Under the pieces are notes generated by a model, which saw only the letters and a program-made list of their open reading frames with translations, had not been told where the DNA came from and searched no databases. A stretch of DNA of 63,145 bases from positions 1 to 63,145 of the forward strand of contig JAJEDQ010000003.1 in assembly GCA_022821445.1 (NCBI GenBank), read 5' to 3'. How positions within the stretch are numbered: the stretch's first letter is position 1; each line of letters begins with the position of its first letter. Both the position numbers and the translations under genes were made by a program. Origin of the DNA: Acidimicrobiia bacterium. Lineage in GTDB: Bacteria > Actinomycetota > Acidimicrobiia > Acidimicrobiales > Bin134. Of the stretch, positions 8,165 through 15,687 are shown one piece after another.

Positions 8165-9004
8165 CTACACGTAGTTCCAGCCGAAGCGGCCCTTTATGCA
8201 GAGGTTGCCGCTTGTTACGTCGTGGTCGTCGGGGGAGGTGCATTTGACGATTTGGTTGTCTTGGACATGGAGTTCGAGGTTGCAGCCGACGCCGCAGTAG
8301 GAGCACACGGTTTGGGTGACGGTTTGGTCTTCGGGACGCCAGTCGTCGGCCTGGCGAAGGTCGAACTCGGTCTTGAACTGGAGGGCGTTGGTGGGACACA
8401 CGGCTACACAGTTGCCGCAGTAGACGCAGGCCGATTCGGGCAGGGTCACGTCGAATTCGGCGGAGATGCGGGCGCCGAAACCTCGGCCGGCCACCGAGAT
8501 GGCGTAGGTGTGCTGGGCGTCGTCGCCGCAGGCCTCCACGCAGCGGTAGCACAGCACGCACTTGTCGTAGTCCCGGATGTAGAGGTTGTCCTGCACCCGA
8601 ACCGGCTCATCCATGGTCTCGCCGCCGGGGACGTAGCGGCTGGGGTCGGCGCCGTAGTGCTCGGCCCACTGGCCCAGCTCATCGGCCTGGGACACGTCGA
8701 CACCGGTGGTTAGGAACTCCAGCACCATCTTGCGGCTGTGCCGCACCCGCTCGCTGTCGGTGTGGACCACCATGCCCTCCTCCGCTGGACGGGAGCAGGA
8801 GGGGACCAGTGCCCGGCTGCCGTCAAGCTCTACCACGCACAACCGGCACACGTTCACCGGGGTGAGGGTGGGGCCGTAGCAGATGGTGGGAGTCTCCACG
8901 CCCGCGGCATCGCAGGCATCCAGGATGGTCGCGCCCTCGGGCACGGCCACCTCTTGGCCGTCAACCCGGATGGTCACCGCGGTCTCGGTGATGGCGCCGC
9001 TCAC
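8165..9004 (-). CDS. formate dehydrogenase Fe-S subunit: NuoG-like N-terminal part of FdsA (2Fe-2S, 4Fe-4S clusters and the Molybdop_Fe4S4 domain) as a separate polypeptide
   Basis: Motifs seen are TICYGPTLTPVNVCRLCVVEL (2Fe-2S), CVLCYRCVEAC and CVYCGNCVAVCP (4Fe-4S), and CSYCGVGCNLEL...GNLCIKGRFGWNYV-stop (first Fe-S domain of the Mo subunit). There is an ATGA overlap with the upstream gene. Confidence 0.85.
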   Translation of the reverse strand: MSGAITETAVTIRVDGQEVAVPEGATILDACDAAGVETPTICYGPTLTPVNVCRLCVVELDGSRALVPSCSRPAEEGMVVHTDSERVRHSRKMVLEFLTTGVDVSQADELGQWAEHYGADPSRYVPGGETMDEPVRVQDNLYIRDYDKCVLCYRCVEACGDDAQHTYAISVAGRGFGARISAEFDVTLPESACVYCGNCVAVCPTNALQFKTEFDLRQADDWRPEDQTVTQTVCSYCGVGCNLELHVQDNQIVKCTSPDDHDVTSGNLCIKGRFGWNYV

Positions 9005-10779
9005 TGGCTATTTCCTATCAGGCCCAGCGACAAAGCGGAGCGCACAGCGGAGGCCGCGGTGTGGCCCAACCCGCAGATGGAGGCATCGACCATGGCCAGG
9101 GCCATGTCATCGATGAGCTCAGATCGCTGTTTGGTCAGTGGCTTGTCGGAGCCTTGCAGCTCCACCAGCACTTCGTGTTGGCGCTGGGTGCCCACCCGAC
9201 AGGGGACGCACTGGCCGCACGACTCGTCCCGGAAGAACTCGGCGATGCGGACGACCACGGCCTCCATATCCACGGTGTCGTCGAACACCGTCACCACTCC
9301 TGAGCCGAGGGTGGCGCTCGCTTCACGGGTGTCCTCCAGGGTGAGGGGCATGTCGAGGGAGTCGGGACCGACGAACACTCCGGCCGCGCCGCCCAGCAGG
9401 ACTGCAGCCAGCGAGCCAACCGGCCCGCCGGCCAAGTCGAGCAAGTCGCCCAGCGGGGTGCCGAAAGGCACTTCGTAGAGCCCTGGAACTCCTATCCGCC
9501 CCGACAGGCAGAACAACCGGGTGCCGGGGGAGCGCTCGGTGCCTAGTGATCGGTAGGTGTCGGGGCCGTCGATCACGATGTCCAAAGCGTTGATGAGGGT
9601 CTCAGGGTTGTTGACGGCAGTGGGCTGGGAGAACAGGCCGTGGGTGGTGGGGAAGGGAGGCTTGTTGCGGGGCTCGCCCCGGAAGCCCTCAATGGAGTTG
9701 AACAGCGCTGTCTCCTCGCCGCAGATATAGGCTCCTGCCCCCCGACGAAGCTCGATGTCGAAGCGCTGCCCGCTGCCGGCCACATCGTCGCCCAGCAGCC
9801 CCGAGGCCCGGGCTTGAGCGATGGCGCTCTCCAGGCGGGCAGTGGCCCGAGGGTACTCACCCCGGATGTAGATCCAGCCGTGGGATGCTCCGGTAGCCAG
9901 ACCAGCGATGGTCATCGACTCGATGACCGCGAACGGGTCTTGCTCGCACAAGATGCGGTCTTTGAAGGTGCCCGGCTCCGATTCGTCGCAGTTGGCCACC
10001 ACGTGCTTGTCCGCCCCCGGCTCGTCGGCCACGGCCCGCCATTTAATGCCAGTGGGGAAGGCCGCCCCCCCTCGGCCCGACAACCCGGAGTCGGAGATGA
10101 CGGCGATCACGGCGTCTGGTCCCATCTCGATGGCCGTGGCCAGGGCCTCATAGCCGCCATGTTCCCGGTACGACTCCAGACTGGTGGGATCGACCACGCC
10201 CACTCGGCGCAGCACCCGCAGGCCGGGGTCGCCCGCTTGGGGCAGTTGGAACTCCTCATTGTCATCGGCGGGCACCCGGTCGGGCCGCCCAACACCCTGG
10301 ACAAACAGCGCAGGGGCCCGCTCGCACTGGCCGAGGCAGGGACTGTCGTGGACCCTGGCCCCATCCGCGTCCAGAGTCGTCCGAAGCTCATTGTTGCCCG
10401 CCAGAGCGCACGCCGGATCGACGCACACATGGACGACATCGTCGCGGTGGCCGGGATCGGCGGTTCGGAGCAGTTCGTAGAACGTGGCCACCCCATAGGC
10501 CTCAGCTGGGGGAACCCCCAGCCGCTCGGCCGCCCCGTTCAAACCGCCAGGGCTGATCCAGCCGATCTCGTGCTGAAGCGAATGCAGCACCGGTAGCAGC
10601 AGGTGGCGCAGGCCGTGGCGCCGGCTGCGGCCCCCGCGGACTATCCGCTCGGTTTCGACAATGGAGGCCGCGTTGGCTTGGGGAACGATGGCGTCGATGG
10701 CGGCCTGTTCGGCTTCGGTGGGCTGGTCGTCCCCAAAGTGCAGGTCAGCCAACGGATGCCCCCGCAGTCTCGGGGGCAA
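9001..10779 (-). CDS. NAD-reducing formate dehydrogenase diaphorase subunit, NuoE-like plus NuoF-like fusion (FdsG/FdsB equivalent)
   Basis: The N-terminus carries a NuoE-type 2Fe-2S motif (VCVDPACALAG...CLGQCERAPALFV). This is followed by NuoF motifs GRGGAAFPTGIKW, YICGEETALFNSIEG and ESCGQCVPCRVGT. The likely true start is TTG 10752, preceded by GGGGG and overlapping the upstream TGA. Confidence 0.85.
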   Translation of the reverse strand: MPPRLRGHPLADLHFGDDQPTEAEQAAIDAIVPQANAASIVETERIVRGGRSRRHGLRHLLLPVLHSLQHEIGWISPGGLNGAAERLGVPPAEAYGVATFYELLRTADPGHRDDVVHVCVDPACALAGNNELRTTLDADGARVHDSPCLGQCERAPALFVQGVGRPDRVPADDNEEFQLPQAGDPGLRVLRRVGVVDPTSLESYREHGGYEALATAIEMGPDAVIAVISDSGLSGRGGAAFPTGIKWRAVADEPGADKHVVANCDESEPGTFKDRILCEQDPFAVIESMTIAGLATGASHGWIYIRGEYPRATARLESAIAQARASGLLGDDVAGSGQRFDIELRRGAGAYICGEETALFNSIEGFRGEPRNKPPFPTTHGLFSQPTAVNNPETLINALDIVIDGPDTYRSLGTERSPGTRLFCLSGRIGVPGLYEVPFGTPLGDLLDLAGGPVGSLAAVLLGGAAGVFVGPDSLDMPLTLEDTREASATLGSGVVTVFDDTVDMEAVVVRIAEFFRDESCGQCVPCRVGTQRQHEVLVELQGSDKPLTKQRSELIDDMALAMVDASICGLGHTAASAVRSALSLGLIGNSQ

Positions 10780-12664
10780 CGACCAACTCCACCCTCACCG
10801 CTGCCGCTTTGAACTCGGCAGTGCCGGATTTCGGATCCCATTCGGGATTGGTGAGCACGTTCACGTCGATCAGCTCGGGATGGTGCAGGGTGGTGAAGGC
10901 CAGCCCTCGCGGCAGGCTTGACACCACCCGGGCGTTCATCTCCACCGAGCCCCGGGGGGAGCACACTCGCACGCGGTCGCCGTCGGCGATGCCCAAACCC
11001 GCGGCATCGTGGGTGTTCATGTCCAGGCCGGCGAATCGGATCGGCGAGTCGTATTGACCGCTTTGCACTCCGGTGTTGTAGGAGTCCAGCGCCCGCCCGG
11101 TGGTGAGCCGCAAGGGGAACTTCTCGCTCAGCTCCTCGGTCGGCCCCTCGTGCTCTAGCACCGAGAAGGGGGCCGGATCGCGGCCCTCCAGGTCGTCGGC
11201 CCACAGCCAGCCGTGGAGGAAGGCACTGCCGGGATGGTCCTCGTCGGGACACGGCCATTGCAGGCCCCCGGCAGCCTCCAAGCGCTCCCAGGCCATGCCG
11301 CCGTGCATCGCCGACAAACTACGGAGCTCGTCCCACGCTGCTTTCGGGTCGCGGGGGCCGAGTTCGTCACCCATCGCCTCGGCCATATCGCAGAGGATGT
11401 CGATGTCGTGGCGGGCCTGGCCGGGTGGGGAAACCGCGGGGCGTACTCGCTGCACCCGGCGCTCGCTGGAGGTGACGGTGCCTTCGCTCTCGGCCCAGGC
11501 CACCGATGCGGGCAGTACCACATCGGCCATCTCTGCGGTGCGGGTCATCAAGATGTCCTGCACCACCAGGATGTCCAGGCTTTCGAGCTGGGCCCGGGCG
11601 TGGAGTGCATCAGCCTCGGAATCAGCCGGATTCTCGCCGATCACGTACAGGGCCCGAAGATCGCCCTGCTCCATGGCTTCGAACATCAGAGTTAGGTGCA
11701 ATCCGGGAACAGGGTTGAGCTCCCGGCCGTAGGCGGCTTCGAACCGGGCCCGATGGTCAGGATCATCCACGCTGGCGAAGCCGGGGAACTTGTTGGGGAT
11801 GGCCCCCATGTCGCCGCCGCCCTGCACGTTGTTCTGGCCCCGCAGCGGCACCAAGCCCGACCCCCACCGCCCCACGTGGCCGGTGAGCAGGGCTAGATTG
11901 CACAACGACAGCACGTTGTCGACTGCGTTGTGGTGCTCTGTGATGCCCAGGGTCCACAGGATCTGGGCCTTGTCGGCAGTGGCGTAGGCGTGGGCCATCT
12001 CCACCACGACCTCGGCGGGAATGCCGCAGATGGCAGCCACTGCCTCGGGGGTGAACGGCTCCACCGAGGCGGCGTAGGCCTCGAATCCCTGGGTGGAGTG
12101 GGCGATGAAGTCTTGGTTGGCCAGACCGGCGTGGATGATCTCTCGGCCGATGCCGTTGGCCAGGGCGATGTCGGTGCCCACGTCAATGCCCACCCACACG
12201 TCAGAAAATTGGGCCGAGGAGGTGTAGCGGGGGTCGACGCAGTACATACGGGCACCGTTGTCGATGCCCTTGAGGACATGGTGGAAGAAGATGGGGTGGG
12301 CCTCGCGGGCATTGGATCCCCACAAGAAGATCACGTCGGTTTCCTCAACCTCCTGGTAGGAGCATGTGCCCCCTCCCGCTCCGAATACTGTCGCCAGACC
12401 GACGACCGAAGGAGCGTGTCAAGTTCGGTTGCAGGAGTCGATGTTGTTGGAGCCCACCACCGTGCGGATGAACTTCTGGGCGATGTAGTTCATCTCGTTG
12501 GTGGCCTTGGAGCAGCTGAACATCCCGAACGCCTGCGGCCCGTGTTCGGAAATCACCTGATTGAACCCGGTCGCAGCCCGCGACAGAGCCTCTTCCCACG
12601 TCGCTTCTCGCAGGCTCTCGTTGTCCCGCACCATCGGCACGGTCAACCGTTCCCGCTTCGCCAT
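10745..12664 (-). CDS. fdhA: formate dehydrogenase catalytic (Mo/W-bisPGD) subunit, selenocysteine-containing (U at residue 82, TGA 12419-12421); lacks the usual N-terminal Fe-S domains
   Basis: Track ORFs 12419..12670 and 10745..12334 are in frame. Read-through gives NIDSCNRT-U-HAPSVVGLATVFGAGGGTCSYQEVEETDVIFLWGSNAREAHP, the FDH active-site motif. The start is ATG 12664, preceded by GAAAGGGG. Confidence 0.85.
12390..12406 (-). promoter_or_regulatory. candidate bacterial SECIS hairpin for the fdhA UGA
   Basis: On the minus-strand RNA, a GUCGUC-GGUCU-GGCGAC hairpin begins 13 nt 3' of the UGA. It resembles the E. coli fdhF SECIS apical region, which I recalled from memory and did not compute. 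Confidence 0.5.
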
Positions 12665-12835
12665 TTGCACCCCTTTCCCCCAGAGACACCCTGAGGCCGC
12701 TTCTACCCTACTTGCCCGCTGTCCGAGGTTCCTGCCCCGCCTGCGGTCGGCATGATCAGCGAGATCTGCTCATAGCCAAACAAGAGTGCTCGCCAGTTCT
12801 CTCGGTGCTTGCACCTCCGGCACCGGCAGAGTCTC

Positions 12836-13677
12836 CTACTCAACGCGGAGAACAGACTGGATTCCCCAACATTCAATCGTCTGATCTGGTCGCAGACCGC
12901 AAGTGTGGAATGAGCCGGCAGCAATCGACGTGAATTGGCCTGCGGGTGGATTTGACTGTCCGTACGTATTGTCACCCCAGCAGCTGACCGTCCCATCACG
13001 CAATAGACCGCACCCATGATGGGTTCCGGTTGATGTCGCTGTGTAGGTGTTTTCAGCGGGAGACGCGATGACATTGCCGGCTGGCGACTCGTTGCCTGAT
13101 TCCCAGCAATTCTCCGTTCCATCAAATTTCAATGCGCAAAATTGAGTCTCGCTGGCAGTCAAATGCATGAATGGGCCTTCAGACTGGACCGGCATGTCAT
13201 CGAACCCCTTGCCCCAGCAAACCACGGACCCATCTGGGTGTTGGGCGCAGGAGTGATCCTTCCTAGCGACCACATCGACAAATTTGCCGTAAGGGGCGGC
13301 TCTTTGGCCATGACCATTGTGGCCCCAACAAGCAACCGTCTGATCTACCTTGAGTCCGCAATAGTGCTGTCCGCCCACTGACAGCTTTTCGAATTCTCCA
13401 GCAGGTGGATCCGGTAGACTGTAATTCCAGCAGTCAATATGCTTGTCCGTTCGCAATGCGCAGATTCCTTCGGCTTGCCAAAACGGATCAGCGTCTTCTG
13501 GGAACCGCGTGTAGCTGCGGGGCGGGGCATATTCAAAGCTTGGAATGGGTTCTAGGCATTCCAAGTCAAGGCATTCGTGCATGCCCCAGCAATCGACATC
13601 TCCGTTCACTCGCAATGCGCAGGCAAAATTAGAGACTCTGTTATCATGGTCAGCAAAATTGGTTCCCAAATATAAGT
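12836..13677 (-). pseudogene. RCC1-repeat (beta-propeller) lipoprotein gene, C-terminal fragment downstream of the IS insertion
   Basis: Track ORF 12836..13669 has repeated xCWG motifs (VDCWG, IDCWN, VACWGHNGHGQ, VVCWG, ENCWE, VSCWGDNTYGQ, IECWG). It abuts the IS end at 13678 and is markedly more AT-rich than the surrounding genes. Confidence 0.65.
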
Positions 13678-13701
13678 GGCTCTACGCGATGAAGCGGGGA
13701 C
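13678..13701. repeat. ISL3 terminal inverted repeat (right end relative to the transposase)
   Basis: See the IS entry; 21/24 match to the other end. Confidence 0.8.
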
Positions 13702-15005
13702 GTCGGGTTCTGATTTTTGTGACGGGTTGAGTTTGGCCGGGTTTTCGTCCGGCGGCAAGCAGGATTCTGAGCCGGTAGTTGTTGAGGTTGGTGAGGCCTC
13801 TGGCTGAGCGTTTGACGTCTTTGATTTCGGGGGTTGGCGGCCTCGGTGCGCCCGTTGTGGGTGCCGGTGGTGGTGCTGGTGATGATTTCTGCGCGCCAGC
13901 GCTTCAGGGTGGCGGCGAGTTTGTGCAGCTCGGGGGCTGCCTCGGGGGCGGCGCTGTAGGCGATGGCGTCGTCGAGTCGGTCGGCGGCCTGTTCGGGGTC
14001 GGCGGTTTTGAACACCGACCGGACTTTCTCCTTGGCCGCCCAGCAGTCGGCGACTTCGTCGTAGGGGTCGCCTTGGTCGAGGGCTGTTCGCAGGCGCTGG
14101 AGGCCGGCGGCGTCGAGGCGCTCGGCGCCGGTCAACAGCAGTTTGCGGATGCCGTAGAGGGGATCGCCTGCGCGGCCCCGGTGGCCGGTGGTCTCGGTCT
14201 GGGTGCGCTGGCGGCATCTGGTGAGCGCCTGGTTCGCCAGCCGCACGATGTGGAAGGGGTCCGCGGCGACCTCGACTGTGGCGGGCAGGCTGCGGTCGCG
14301 AGCGAGTTGTCGTATCGCGCTGCGGTAGCCCTCATGGGGGTCGACGCAGACCACCTCGACGCCGGCCTGCCGCCGGGGCTGCTGGTACACCCATCTGCGC
14401 AGGTCGGCGGCGTCTCTGCCGTCGAACACGTCGACGATCTGGCCGGTGGATGCGTCGACCGCGGCGGTGACGAACCGCCGTCGCCGGCGACGGGCGGCCG
14501 AGGCCATGACGGTCTCGTCGAAGCCCAGCCGGGCGACCTGGCCGACCCTGCCGGGGTCGCCGGCGATCTCCTCGGCGGCGGCCTCGACCGCTGACCACAC
14601 GGTGCGCCAGCTCACCCCCAACCGGCGGGCCGCGGACGCCACCGAGCCCTCCACAGCCGCGAGCCGGCCAACAGCCCACCGCTCAGCCCGAGAGGTGAGC
14701 ACCCGGCGCGGCCCGGCCAACTCTGAGCGCTCAGTCCAGGACCCCGCACCGCACCGCGGGCTGCGGCACTCCCAGATCCGCTTGTTCCACCGCACCCTCA
14801 CCGCACGGCCGTCCGCGCCCGGAGCGTCTCTCAGCACCACCTCGCGGCGGCCCTTCGAGCGGGCCCTGCGCCCGCACGACCCGCAAAACACCACCTGCCC
14901 GCCGGGTGTCTGCACCCCCACTGAAACCTCGCCGTACGCCTCTTCGACGCCGGTCACCTCGAATCCGGCCGCGCCCAATTGCGCTGCCGTACTACCTTCA
15001 ACCAC
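13682..15005 (-). CDS. ISL3 family transposase with an apparent 1-nt frameshift in a C5 run (plus 13829-13833)
   Basis: There is an N-terminal zinc finger (FCGSCGRRA...WECRSPRCG) and a DDE_Tnp_ISL3-like core. After ...THNGRTEAAN the track frame turns into low-complexity PRNQRRQTLSQ... Shifting by one nt gives PEIKDVKRSARGLTNLNNYRLRILLAAGRKPGQ...RFIA-stop at 13682, the conserved ISL3 C-terminus. Confidence 0.8.
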
Positions 15006-15092
15006 CAGGGGCCTCCCGTCTCTTGGACTATGTGACAGTCACAAGAATCGGCGAGGCCCCCACCCTCAGTGGCGGACCCTCAAATCACCCTG

Positions 15093-15116
15093 GTCCCAGC
15101 TTCAACGCGAAGAGCC
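15093..15116. repeat. ISL3 terminal inverted repeat (left end relative to the transposase)
   Basis: See the IS entry; 21/24 match to the other end. Confidence 0.8.
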
Positions 15117-15626
15117 CGTTTGTTTGTCGCCAGCAAAGACAGAGTGGAACAGAGCATTGGGAACTTCAAGTTGACCATGAGAATTATCTCCCCAGCAGGT
15201 GACGAATCCGTTTGTTCGAAGTGCGCACACGTGATTGTGCCCGGCGGAGATGGATTGGAATCGAGATGTCTGCCTACTCGGGTCTATGGGGTTGGTCGTT
15301 GGTTGTGGCGTTGGGTGGGGAATCGACATCGGTGTCGGGAACGGAGTTGATGGGAGAGGGGGGTTAGCAGTCGGCCTAACCACGGGAGCAGCAGAAGGAG
15401 CAGGGGAGGTAGCGCTTGATGCTGATTGAGCAGACGTTGAATGCGACGACGGGATGGGTGATTCAACCGGTTCAGTTAATGCTGCAATAGGCGGTTGGGT
15501 TGTTTGAGTGGTGTCGGGCTGGCGGGCAGCGGGCCGGGAGCCTTCAGTGCCGCAACCCGCCATCCCGACGGAGAGAATCACCAATGCGCCGACCAAGACC
15601 AAGAGATTCCCGGCGCGCTCGGTCAT
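15117..15626 (-). pseudogene. RCC1-repeat lipoprotein gene, N-terminal fragment (signal peptide/lipobox, Pro/Thr-rich linker, first RCC1 blade) truncated by the IS
   Basis: MTERAGNLLVLVGALVILSVGMAGC is a lipoprotein signal. A PT-rich linker follows, then FQSISAGHNHVCALRTNGFVTCWGDNSHGQLEVPNALFHSVFAGDKQT. At 15116 the frame runs into the IS inverted repeat and stops at 15102. Confidence 0.65.
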
Positions 15627-15687
15627 ACTCGCACGATATAGACTCTTGGCTGGGTGATTTGGTTCCGCCGGGTGGGCGGCCACCCGG

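Larger units (their letters stand above)
13678..15116 (-). mobile_element. ISL3-family insertion sequence (1439 bp)
   Basis: Terminal inverted repeats GGCTCTACGCGATGAAGCGGGGAC (13678..13701) and the reverse complement of 15093..15116 (GGCTCTTCGCGTTGAAGCTGGGAC) match at 21 of 24 positions. They enclose an ISL3-type transposase. Confidence 0.85.

Noticed and set aside
8103-9004. The idea that the FDH Fe-S gene is simply a truncated fdsA, broken by insertion of the adjacent DUF222-HNH element.
   Set aside because: The missing Mo-domain is not lost. It is present intact upstream of the nuoEF-like gene, with its own SD, and both junctions of the operon show start/stop overlaps. An insertion downstream could not move the C-terminal half upstream. 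I kept the observation as a split/permuted-operon finding instead.
13829-13833. Programmed ribosomal frameshift in the ISL3 transposase.
   Set aside because: ISL3 transposases are normally single-ORF proteins. The shift occurs near the C-terminus in a plain C5 run, with no slippery A/T heptamer or downstream structure that I could see. A mutation or homopolymer error is more parsimonious.
13606-14679. ORFs inside the IS on either strand (13606..14217, 13779..14594, 14332..14679, 14446..15174).
   Set aside because: They are alternative frames of the transposase gene with Arg/Pro-rich composition and no independent support.
13670-15124. An 8-bp target-site duplication flanking the IS.
   Set aside because: The flanks ATATAAGT and CGTTTGTT do not match in any register, and I also tested shifting the IS ends by up to 4 nt. 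I report this as an absence rather than a feature.
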